This document shows, piece by piece, positions 1 through 8,136 of a stretch of DNA of 38,067 nt. Origin of the DNA: a virus. Its lineage: Duplodnaviria; Caudoviricetes. The stretch's first letter is position 1; each line of letters begins with the position of its first letter. The notes beneath the pieces are model-generated. The model saw only the letters and a program-made list of their open reading frames with translations. It was not told where the DNA came from and searched no databases. The position numbers were made by a program, and so were the translations under genes. The stretch is taken from IMG/VR virus record IMGVR_UViG_3300048579_000348, positions 1-38,067 of that record; one strand, written 5' to 3'.

Positions 1-1077
1 ATGGCACACTTAACAAGAAGAAAAAAAGGTGGAAATTTTTATGTACGATATCGAGATAATCTCGGTAGGGAACAATGGATTTCTACCAGGAGTAAAAAAC
101 TTGGAGGCGAAAACGGAGCAAATGCATTCTTCGAGGACTGGGTTAAGAACAGAAAAAAATATTCCAATACAAACATTATGCTTTCAGAGCTGATAGGTGA
201 AGTATTAAAATTCATTAAACTTAATCTTCCCCGGTCCTACGGTAATTATAGGGAATGTCTGAATAAATTTTTAATCATTACAAAAGACAAACCGGTTAAA
301 CTTGTTAACAATCAGGATATCGAATATTATAAGAATGCCCGGGTCGCTATAATATCACAAAGAAAAAAACCTTTATCCGTGCATACCATCAATAGAGAAG
401 TAAGAACCGTTAAATCAGCATTCAATAAGGCCGTTGATGAGCTGAGACTTATTAATGAGAATAACCTGGCTAAAGCCGCACAAATTAAAGTCAAAACATC
501 AAAGATAAGAAGACGCTTCACCCTCGAGGAAAAAACAATGATATTCGATAATATAAAGAATCCTGCAGTATTCAGGATCGCAACCATAGCCCGATATACC
601 GGAATGCGACTCTCTGAAGTGTTAAACCTGCAGATAAAAGACATTGATTTTAAAGATAGTAAGATATCGATATCAAACAAGCCCGATATCGGTTTTTATA
701 CGAAATCCGGAGAGGAAAGGAAAATAAGCATTAGTGATAAATTATTTGAATACTTCCGGGCCTGGCTGAATATCGATACCGAAAGCAATAACATTCATAC
801 TTTCATTAATCCGGATCTGTTTATAACTCACTATGAAGAAAATAAGCGATATTCAAAAAATTATATATCGAGGAAGTTTAGAGAAGTTTTAAAAAAAATA
901 GAAATCAAAGGTTATTTTCATTGCCTCAGGCACACGTTCGCTTCGGAACTCATCGAGTCAGGAGTCGATATAGAAACGCTCAGGGATCTCCTCGGGCATA
1001 CGAATATTAAAACAACATCGATATATCTGCAGAGCCTTGACGAGAACAAACAAAAAGCTGTGCAAAAAGCTATATAA
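1..1077 (+). CDS. int: Tyrosine recombinase / phage integrase
   Basis: Catalytic motifs YTGMRLSE (R), TKSG (K), FHCLRH (HxxR), LLGH, TTSIY (Y); N-terminal arm-binding-like segment. Confidence 0.95.
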   Translation: MAHLTRRKKGGNFYVRYRDNLGREQWISTRSKKLGGENGANAFFEDWVKNRKKYSNTNIMLSELIGEVLKFIKLNLPRSYGNYRECLNKFLIITKDKPVKLVNNQDIEYYKNARVAIISQRKKPLSVHTINREVRTVKSAFNKAVDELRLINENNLAKAAQIKVKTSKIRRRFTLEEKTMIFDNIKNPAVFRIATIARYTGMRLSEVLNLQIKDIDFKDSKISISNKPDIGFYTKSGEERKISISDKLFEYFRAWLNIDTESNNIHTFINPDLFITHYEENKRYSKNYISRKFREVLKKIEIKGYFHCLRHTFASELIESGVDIETLRDLLGHTNIKTTSIYLQSLDENKQKAVQKAI

Positions 1078-1133
1078 AAATATCTTATAAATTAATACAA
1101 TATTTGTTAATTTTAAATCAAACAATAATATTT

Positions 1134-1487
1134 ATGAAAAATTTATTTTTAGTTCTGATTCTCTTAATTCCCGTAATTCTACTCTCTCAAGATTTTAATA
1201 ATAGGCAAATTGAGGTTATCTCCGGATTGAGCAGCGAAATAATAAAAGATTCTGTTAAAGGAAAATATAATTCAACAACTTACTATTTTTACAACTGTGA
1301 AAAACGTAATTATGAACTTATCATGTCAATTTTAAACGACGCTTATGATATAAACGGAATTAATATAGATTATAATTATAGAACTTACAATAATAATGCT
1401 ACCGTTTTTAACGGTAAATATATCACAGCACAACTAATGAATTATGATGCCGAAATATTCTTTTTAATATTAACCTTTTGGGAGTAA
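1134..1487 (+). CDS. Hypothetical secreted protein (lysogenic accessory gene)
   Basis: ATG at 1134 gives MKNLFLVLILLIPVILLSQ, a Sec signal-like N-terminus; preferred over the TTG start at 1104. Confidence 0.65.
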   Translation: MKNLFLVLILLIPVILLSQDFNNRQIEVISGLSSEIIKDSVKGKYNSTTYYFYNCEKRNYELIMSILNDAYDINGINIDYNYRTYNNNATVFNGKYITAQLMNYDAEIFFLILTFWE

Positions 1488-1518
1488 CTTAATCTTTTAC
1501 AAATTAATAAATCTAATT

Positions 1519-1953
1519 ATGAAAAATTTATATTTATTTCTAATCCTTTCATTAATTTTATGTTCCTGCAGTAAGGATGATAATCCGGTTAATTCAAATA
1601 ATACAAATACAGGTACCAGTTGGAATTTAATTTATTCAAAGACAGACTCATTAAATTTCACGAACTCATTTTTTAGGATAAATGTGGGGTACGTTAATGC
1701 TGATTCTCATTCATATAAAAAGTTCAAAATAGAATATTTATATTGCGTGGATTCCGGTTTCACGGCATATTTGCGAAGTGGCTTTGGAGAATACCAATAC
1801 TGGAATTCTATATTTCAGGGAATAGATAATAAATGGCATGGTATTATTGATTCATCAACAATTACATCTTTGTTTCATTATGACTCTCTTTATTTTGGCA
1901 TAAGAACAAATAGAAATGTATATATTAAAAATATTTTGATTTCTGTGAAATAA
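1519..1953 (+). CDS. Putative lipoprotein (lysogenic accessory gene)
   Basis: MKNLYLFLILSLILCSC lipobox followed by an SKDDNPVNSNNTNT low-complexity tether. Confidence 0.8.
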   Translation: MKNLYLFLILSLILCSCSKDDNPVNSNNTNTGTSWNLIYSKTDSLNFTNSFFRINVGYVNADSHSYKKFKIEYLYCVDSGFTAYLRSGFGEYQYWNSIFQGIDNKWHGIIDSSTITSLFHYDSLYFGIRTNRNVYIKNILISVK

Positions 1954-1986
1954 AAAGCCGCTCACTTACCCAAGGTGAACGGCTTT
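1952..1986 (-). terminator. Intrinsic terminator between convergent units (possibly bidirectional)
   Basis: Stem AAAGCCG..TCAC / GTGA..CGGCTTT with a U5 tail on the minus strand, between the stops of 1519-1953(+) and 2016-2435(-). Confidence 0.75.
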
Positions 1987-2015
1987 ACTGTGCCTGACGA
2001 AAGGAGGAAAAATGC

Positions 2016-2435
2016 TTACTTTATTACTAAAATCTTGAGTAGTATTCCTAACGTAATCCCTGCCGTAGTATATACCGGAATCTCATACCAAGGGCGTTTC
2101 TCAACAATCGTTTGCGTGGGTTTGTTTTCGACTTCAATAATATGTTTCGATTGCATATCGATAAAATCATTCAGGCTAATAATCTTTTTATTTTTCTCGG
2201 CGTCCAGAGCTTTAAGGTCCTGAACGTATAATTTTAGTGTGTCAACTTTATTCTGCAAATCCTTATTCTGGTCTCTTAAATAATTTCTTTCATCTCTGAT
2301 TTTATCAGACTTCCTGACCTCAGCAGGCGTGAAACACATGCAAGTATCCGGATCATTGATTATGATTTGTGCCTGTAATCCGGAATGCATAAATAATGCA
2401 TAGAATATGCATAAAATAAAAATAATTTTACTCAT
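2016..2435 (-). CDS. Spanin-like protein: signal peptide, coiled coil, C-terminal TM helix
   Basis: Hydrophobic N-terminus ending LQA-Q, heptad-rich middle, C-terminal TTAGITLGILLKILVIK; last gene of the lysis cassette. Confidence 0.5.
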   Translation of the reverse strand: MSKIIFILCIFYALFMHSGLQAQIIINDPDTCMCFTPAEVRKSDKIRDERNYLRDQNKDLQNKVDTLKLYVQDLKALDAEKNKKIISLNDFIDMQSKHIIEVENKPTQTIVEKRPWYEIPVYTTAGITLGILLKILVIK

Positions 2436-2796
2436 CTTTCAAACCCTCCTTATACTGCCGGTAAATCTCATCGTTTGATAAATTCATTTTATATTTTTTC
2501 ATTTGCTCGTAAACCTGCCTGCGTACTTCCATCCGGATATCGGAATTCATTATAGTAGAGTCGTATAACTGAAACTTTTTATCGAAAGAACTGAACACAC
2601 TGTCAAAATGCTTGTTGTCAGCGGCTCTCAGGGAATCGAAGTATCTGTGATATGCTGAGTCATACCCGGGTACCGTTAATATTGTTTTAACTTTGTTCTT
2701 GCAGGACTGAATATTTACGGCTACAAAAATCCCGATTGTCAAAAGAAATAATGTCAACAGGATTCCGAACTTATATTTAATTAAGAATTCTTTCAT
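2428..2796 (-). CDS. Spanin-like membrane protein or lipoprotein
   Basis: N-terminal hydrophobic helix followed by IQSC (possible lipobox) and a helical body; overlaps the next gene by 8 nt; lysis cassette position. Confidence 0.5.
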   Translation of the reverse strand: MKEFLIKYKFGILLTLFLLTIGIFVAVNIQSCKNKVKTILTVPGYDSAYHRYFDSLRAADNKHFDSVFSSFDKKFQLYDSTIMNSDIRMEVRRQVYEQMKKYKMNLSNDEIYRQYKEGLKDE

Positions 2797-3170
2797 TAAG
2801 GTTTACTCCATTTTAAAGTTAATAAATAGAGGATTGCAATAACCAGGAAGGGGACTAATCCAAAAGCAAAAGCCCAGCATCCCTGGTATTGGATAAAATC
2901 TGTAACACTGTCTTTAATTTCTTCAGCTGTCCAGTTGCCTCTCAGCTGATGCAGTTCGCTCAGCAGAAAAAATAAAGATATTATACTGCAGGGAATAAGA
3001 AGCGGTACTGCAGGGAAAATCAGATTGAATATCCAGGCAAGAAGAAAGCTCGAGGCGAAGTGAACTAAATGCCACTGCCCGGCTATTAATTTTATATCAC
3101 CCGGTACCGGAATTACTTCCCGGGTGATTTTCAAATAAAAATATTCGAATACGAACTTAAGGAATTTCAT
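2796..3170 (-). CDS. Multi-pass membrane protein (VanZ-like motif pattern)
   Basis: 3-4 hydrophobic segments with HLVHF, SELHQ and DSVTD motifs. Confidence 0.45.
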   Translation of the reverse strand: MKFLKFVFEYFYLKITREVIPVPGDIKLIAGQWHLVHFASSFLLAWIFNLIFPAVPLLIPCSIISLFFLLSELHQLRGNWTAEEIKDSVTDFIQYQGCWAFAFGLVPFLVIAILYLLTLKWSKP

Positions 3171-3736
3171 TATTCATTATCTCCCCAGCTTTTTAAGCGG
3201 TCGACTACATCCATAATCAATTGTTCTTTATCCAGTTCACCCGGACATTTCTTAGGAGAGTAATCCCTGTGAAAATGTAAGCGGTCTCTTACTCCATATT
3301 CATCATATCCCCAGTCGCATTTATCGAACACGTAGCAAATGGTATCAACTAAAGCCTTGTATAACTCCGGTGTGATTTCGGCTTTATTGAATCCGTCGTG
3401 ATTAATACAGATTGCAACGCTGTCGGAATTTTGACCTGCACAATGAGAAGTTTTAATCTGCATCGATACAAGCTGAAATGATTCTCCTTTTTGATTTATA
3501 TAAAAATGATATGTTGCAGTTGCAAGCCCTGAGCGTGATATATGATTCGGTCCTAAATCATATTTAATACAAGTTTTCGGGTCTTCCCACGGCGGTGTCC
3601 CTGAGGCCGTGCAATGAATAATAACTTGCTCGAGTTCGGTAATATCCGGTCTAATCGCAATACTTTTATTGCCGTTTGAATATTTCGACAATTTAAAATT
3701 GCCCGGAGTTACCATAAAATCTTGATTTATTTCCAT
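3170..3736 (-). CDS. Endolysin, N-acetylmuramoyl-L-alanine amidase (Amidase_2 / T7 lysozyme-like)
   Basis: IIHCTA, YHFYI, HCAGQNSDSVAIC and HRDYSPKKCPG zinc-amidase motifs. Confidence 0.92.
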   Translation of the reverse strand: MEINQDFMVTPGNFKLSKYSNGNKSIAIRPDITELEQVIIHCTASGTPPWEDPKTCIKYDLGPNHISRSGLATATYHFYINQKGESFQLVSMQIKTSHCAGQNSDSVAICINHDGFNKAEITPELYKALVDTICYVFDKCDWGYDEYGVRDRLHFHRDYSPKKCPGELDKEQLIMDVVDRLKSWGDNE

Positions 3737-3758
3737 AGAATAAATTTAAAGTTTATAA

Positions 3759-4037
3759 TTATTGTGATTTAATTTCCTTCGATTCTACAGATATATCATC
3801 TTTGACCTGACCGGCTTCGAATCGTTTCTGGTATACCTTGGTGCCGAAATATAGACCCCCCAGGACAGTTATTGTTCCTGTAGCAGCATAGATGTAATTA
3901 ATATCTTTATTCCATATTACAACGTAGCATATGGCAATCACTAAGAGGAAAATATAAAACGTACCTGAGAGAAGATTAATCCTGATAGAGGAAATCTCTC
4001 CTTTTTCCGATAGAGCATTTTTAATAAAGTTTTTCAT
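3759..4037 (-). CDS. Putative holin (2 TM)
   Basis: Two TM helices, SSIR N-terminal motif, charged C-tail, immediately upstream of the endolysin. Confidence 0.7.
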   Translation of the reverse strand: MKNFIKNALSEKGEISSIRINLLSGTFYIFLLVIAICYVVIWNKDINYIYAATGTITVLGGLYFGTKVYQKRFEAGQVKDDISVESKEIKSQ

Positions 4038-4049
4038 AAATATTAATAA

Positions 4050-4250
4050 TTATTCTGTTTGACAAACCTTACAATTTTCGTGTTCAGTCTCAAGCTTGAT
4101 TAATCGTTTATCTTGCTCATTGAATTTCGTGTAAAGAGTTTTGATATCTGAGCGAATTCCATTTAATATAATGAGACAAAGCGTTCCGATAATGCTAAAC
4201 AAAATACCGAAAGCAAAAAGCAAAATTGTTATTATTCCCGTGTTATCCAT
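4050..4250 (-). CDS. Small TM + coiled-coil lysis-cassette protein (XhlA/holin-accessory-like)
   Basis: N-terminal TM followed by DKRLIKLETEH coiled coil; first gene of the lysis cassette. Confidence 0.55.
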   Translation of the reverse strand: MDNTGIITILLFAFGILFSIIGTLCLIILNGIRSDIKTLYTKFNEQDKRLIKLETEHENCKVCQTE

Positions 4251-4278
4251 CTTTAATAAAAGGGGTTTGATTTAAAAA

Positions 4279-5517
4279 TTATCGAGTTAATTTCAGCCAG
4301 TAATCCTGACCGTTTAAATTTACTTTTATCTTGACTGAATCAGTTACAGCATCGAAAGTTCTTGTTGTATCGATATTATTATACCTGAACTTTGTATTCG
4401 ACAAACTATAATTCGGTGTGATATAAGAAATAATATCCGCAAGAGCTGAACTGTGATAACGTCTTAATGAATGATTCAAGGTCGATGCATCAACCAAAGT
4501 AAACGTCTCATCTGCATATGATACAACCCCCTGGTACTCACCGTATAAATGTAAATTTACCTTACTTCCACTATCGAGAGTTAAAGTATGGATATCATAA
4601 GTAGTAAACGGAAATGTTCCTACAAGCCAAACTGAAGTAACTCCGTAGATTGTTGAAGTGCTCATCGTTAAACTTCCCTTGGATGCATCTACAGACATAC
4701 CTGAACCATATAAACCATTCCCGGTACTGGCGGCTCCTGAACCTCCGATAATTTTTATTTTATTCAGTGTAACGTGTCGCATCGGTCCCCAGTCGATTAG
4801 ATTTATTCCGATTGTAGTTATATTGCCTAAATAAAATTTTGCAATACCGCAGTCTCCAAAAGTTAAATCAGTTAAACCGAAGTTTCCCGGGTGGATTGTA
4901 AACAGATAATCGTGAGTACCATACCTGCCGTCAAATACCCACTTATTATCAAACGCAGTTGAATTGTCATAGTCATATCCACGGAAGGACCAGACAAATC
5001 CAGAAAAATCCTGGTCGTTATTAAGCTCTACGACTGAATTTCCTGTGAGTAAAGTATCGCAAACAACTATTGCTGAGTCATTTAAAATAGGAGTTGTAGA
5101 ACCTGCCCTTATCCAGGTATTCCATATACCGCTACCGGTGTTAGCGTATGTGCCTACCCACATTAAATTAACTCTTCCATTATGGAATCTATGACTCGGT
5201 TGCATACCGTTTATATACCTGCCTCCGTGAATTAGAATATTGCATTCATAAGACTTCATATCAGTTGGCAGCCAATTTAAAGCTCCTGTAATAGTTTTAA
5301 ACGGTCTTTGCCAGCTGAACCCATAAGAAGGGCTGTCATCCTTACCCCAGGGTGCTACCATAAGCCGGAATAGCTTTACATTCGCATCCCAGGGCGCTCC
5401 TACGAGCTTGTTTGCTTTTAAATTAAACTGGTCGATAGTGACCTGACCGTGTGACGGTCCGGAAAAAATTAAGATGCTGAAAAGCATCACAACGAGCATA
5501 AGAAATGTTTTTTTCAT
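4279..5517 (-). CDS. Tailspike / parallel beta-helix-like protein with an apparent signal peptide
   Basis: VAPWGKDD..GFSWQRPFKTITGAL motif typical of the N-cap of pectin-lyase-fold proteins; G/S/T-rich beta segments; last gene of the tail module. Confidence 0.55.
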   Translation of the reverse strand: MKKTFLMLVVMLFSILIFSGPSHGQVTIDQFNLKANKLVGAPWDANVKLFRLMVAPWGKDDSPSYGFSWQRPFKTITGALNWLPTDMKSYECNILIHGGRYINGMQPSHRFHNGRVNLMWVGTYANTGSGIWNTWIRAGSTTPILNDSAIVVCDTLLTGNSVVELNNDQDFSGFVWSFRGYDYDNSTAFDNKWVFDGRYGTHDYLFTIHPGNFGLTDLTFGDCGIAKFYLGNITTIGINLIDWGPMRHVTLNKIKIIGGSGAASTGNGLYGSGMSVDASKGSLTMSTSTIYGVTSVWLVGTFPFTTYDIHTLTLDSGSKVNLHLYGEYQGVVSYADETFTLVDASTLNHSLRRYHSSALADIISYITPNYSLSNTKFRYNNIDTTRTFDAVTDSVKIKVNLNGQDYWLKLTR

Positions 5518-5548
5518 AGATTAAATATTTAAAGTTTATAAAAAAGAA

Positions 5549-7606
5549 CTAAGTTAAATTTATTGTGAAAATTATTCCATCCCCCCTTTTAAAGGATAAA
5601 ATTCTACTATTTTGTTTGTTTAAGAAAATAGAATCATAGTCCGCTTCACCCTCTTCAATTGCCTCCGAAAATACGAATTGTTTTAAAGAGGCTTTTGGAG
5701 CAACAATTTTATTTGGGGTTTGATAAGATAATTTGTTATCGCCCGCAATTGTAATATCAACTTCAGAATAAATCGGATTGCCCGTGCAATTGTTAACCGT
5801 GAAAATACCTGCCGTGAAATGGTTCACGCCTAAAAACTGGCAGTCGGTAAAAGTTAATTGTCCTGAACACTCAAAATTACAATCCCTGAAAACAATATTT
5901 TTTATTTCTCCGGAAGCTTCCGGATCTGTAAAATAAAAATCTAAGTTCGACATTATAATATTTCCGATGGCTGACGCTTCGAACCTGTTTCCTTCAGAAC
6001 TAAAAACACCGTCCGCTGTTATTCTGAAGCCTCTTCCAATTCCTTTCCAATGTTGGAAATCTTTAACATAAGAAAATACACCCGGTTCTATTTCAAGAAT
6101 TTCCATTGGAATAGAATTTCCATTAGTCCCTGCACCGCATACAAGTACTGTCTGTTGTTTAGCCTCTTCGACATACCCATTACCATATGTTAAAGCAGTT
6201 AGCCAGCGTGTATAGACTTCTGAAACAACTTCGGTACCTCCGGGAATAAGCCTGATTAAATTCGGGGATTCCTGAGCTATGATATAATTCCCGTCAAGGT
6301 CTTTATATGTGAGCTTATCGTTATTATCTGCATCTAAAAATAATGTCCCGTTTGATGCGTTGGCTCTTGTTATCGGTTCTGAGAAATTATATTCTTTCGA
6401 TATCATTTTCGGATTATATTTTTTCAGCATAGTCTCGTATGGTGTAGCGGCTGAAATTTCACTTATCCCGTGCAAGAACCCATAACAGCTTGTAAATGTA
6501 AACTGATTCGGGCTTGTAGACTGGAACGTGTTTAATCCTTCAAACTGACAATTTATAAAATTAATATATCCGCCCCGGGATTGAAACTTACAGTTCTTAA
6601 AGATTATGTTTTCAATATCGCCGGTTTGAGTATCGTTATTGAAATCAAAATATAAATCTTCCATTATAACTCTACCAAGGGCGCCCGCTTTGAAATGCTG
6701 ACCGGGATAGCTGAAGTTTCCGTCCGATAAGATTTTGGAATTAGCATGCAAACCTCTGAAATGAACATAGTCAGTTACGCATCTGTAATAATGATTATTC
6801 TGGTCATATTCAAAAAAGTCTAAATTAACACCTCCGATTTCATCATTCATTCCTGCAACTAAAACTGTCAGGTGTTTATTTGCATTTACTAACCCATTAC
6901 CATATATTAAAGCTGATAGCCAGTTTAAATATACCTGTCCGGGGTTTTGAATTCCTTCAGGAACTATTCTTACAATATTAATTGATTCCTGATAGTTGCC
7001 TTCCTGAAGAGTCGCCAGGCGGTTGGTTATTTCCTGAGATACCCAGTTCTTTGTAGTTAAAGAATTTCCGTAAATCGGAGCTCCCATTGTTAAGGGTGAA
7101 CCGAATTCTGTACTACCGATAAAAACCTTTCCCGTATTAGTTCCGATATACATAAACGGGCCGGCATTGTCAAAATAAGTTCCTGCGACATGCCCCGTGA
7201 ATGTTCCCCCGGCTTTTGGCATTAGCAGTGCATCTGCATTCTGACGGGCCGCGGCTTCGAGCCCTACCAAATAATTAATAACTTCAGCCTCATCTCCAAT
7301 ATAAAATACTCCGTGTTTCCAATCATCTGTCCAGTTGCCTCCGATTTTTCTTTGAACTTTTACGTAATAATAATATCCGCCTCCAATCTCCGCTTTAAAG
7401 CTGGCATGATTGAAGTAACCTATTCCATACTGACCGTTTCCGAGATTTACAAACTGCGGATTATTCATATTGTCAGGGAATATGACAGAACCGTTATACT
7501 GACCAGCAACACAAACCAGACGAACTTTATCGATGGTTAAATCTGTAATGGGAACTTCATTCGGCGGAGCTCCATTCATGAATGTTAAAGTTGGATTTAT
7601 TTCCAT
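5549..7606 (-). CDS. Tail fibre / receptor-binding protein with a tandem ~239-aa duplication
   Basis: LMPKAGGTFTG fibre motif; IFKNCKF / VFRDCNF beta-helix rungs; two homologous halves. Confidence 0.7.
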   Translation of the reverse strand: MEINPTLTFMNGAPPNEVPITDLTIDKVRLVCVAGQYNGSVIFPDNMNNPQFVNLGNGQYGIGYFNHASFKAEIGGGYYYYVKVQRKIGGNWTDDWKHGVFYIGDEAEVINYLVGLEAAARQNADALLMPKAGGTFTGHVAGTYFDNAGPFMYIGTNTGKVFIGSTEFGSPLTMGAPIYGNSLTTKNWVSQEITNRLATLQEGNYQESINIVRIVPEGIQNPGQVYLNWLSALIYGNGLVNANKHLTVLVAGMNDEIGGVNLDFFEYDQNNHYYRCVTDYVHFRGLHANSKILSDGNFSYPGQHFKAGALGRVIMEDLYFDFNNDTQTGDIENIIFKNCKFQSRGGYINFINCQFEGLNTFQSTSPNQFTFTSCYGFLHGISEISAATPYETMLKKYNPKMISKEYNFSEPITRANASNGTLFLDADNNDKLTYKDLDGNYIIAQESPNLIRLIPGGTEVVSEVYTRWLTALTYGNGYVEEAKQQTVLVCGAGTNGNSIPMEILEIEPGVFSYVKDFQHWKGIGRGFRITADGVFSSEGNRFEASAIGNIIMSNLDFYFTDPEASGEIKNIVFRDCNFECSGQLTFTDCQFLGVNHFTAGIFTVNNCTGNPIYSEVDITIAGDNKLSYQTPNKIVAPKASLKQFVFSEAIEEGEADYDSIFLNKQNSRILSFKRGDGIIFTINLT

Positions 7607-7618
7607 AATATATTTTCC

Positions 7619-8131
7619 TTATGAATAACTGATAAATTTATAATTCCGTAAATTGAAAGTTGGTATTTCGTTTTTGTCAATCCAGTTTTCGTCAACATAA
7701 AATCTTGATATGAAACCGAATGTCATTCCAGTATTGCAAGAAGCGTCCTCGATTGCCGCATCGATACCAAGGCTTATCTTTTCTTTGTATAACAGTACAT
7801 CAAATACTCTTTGAGCAACGTCTATATTAGGCGTTAAATTAAAAAGATATTCAGGATTGTTTTTTCTGTAAGCTCTGAGCTTTTTCATAATCTTGGATAC
7901 CTCTAACCTTACACCCTCTTCGTATGGAATTGTCCAGACTAAATGCGTTCCCAAAACTTCCTGAAGTATTTCGCCATTATTAATTAACCGAATTTCATTA
8001 ACGTCATCCTGAATCTCTTCTCTTTTACCTGCAGGGTCCTCGAGTGGGAATATAAACAAATCTATAGTAGTCCCATTATGGAGCACCTCAAGTTTAGCGA
8101 CGTTATAACCGTTTATATAATTGTAACTCAT
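7619..8131 (-). CDS. Putative tail tip / distal tail-like protein
   Basis: Position after TMP and tail protein, 170 aa, beta-rich; positional call only. Confidence 0.4.
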   Translation of the reverse strand: MSYNYINGYNVAKLEVLHNGTTIDLFIFPLEDPAGKREEIQDDVNEIRLINNGEILQEVLGTHLVWTIPYEEGVRLEVSKIMKKLRAYRKNNPEYLFNLTPNIDVAQRVFDVLLYKEKISLGIDAAIEDASCNTGMTFGFISRFYVDENWIDKNEIPTFNLRNYKFISYS

Positions 8132-8136
8132 AATTT

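Noticed and set aside
1093-1101. Fourth TAATACAAT box upstream of the accessory genes
   Set aside because: An isolated AT-rich 9-mer is expected by chance in this genome and it has no palindromic partner
5549-7606. Diversity-generating retroelement VR/TR pair in the tail fibre
   Set aside because: The repeat is a diverged in-frame protein duplication, not adenine-specific, and there is no reverse transcriptase in the window
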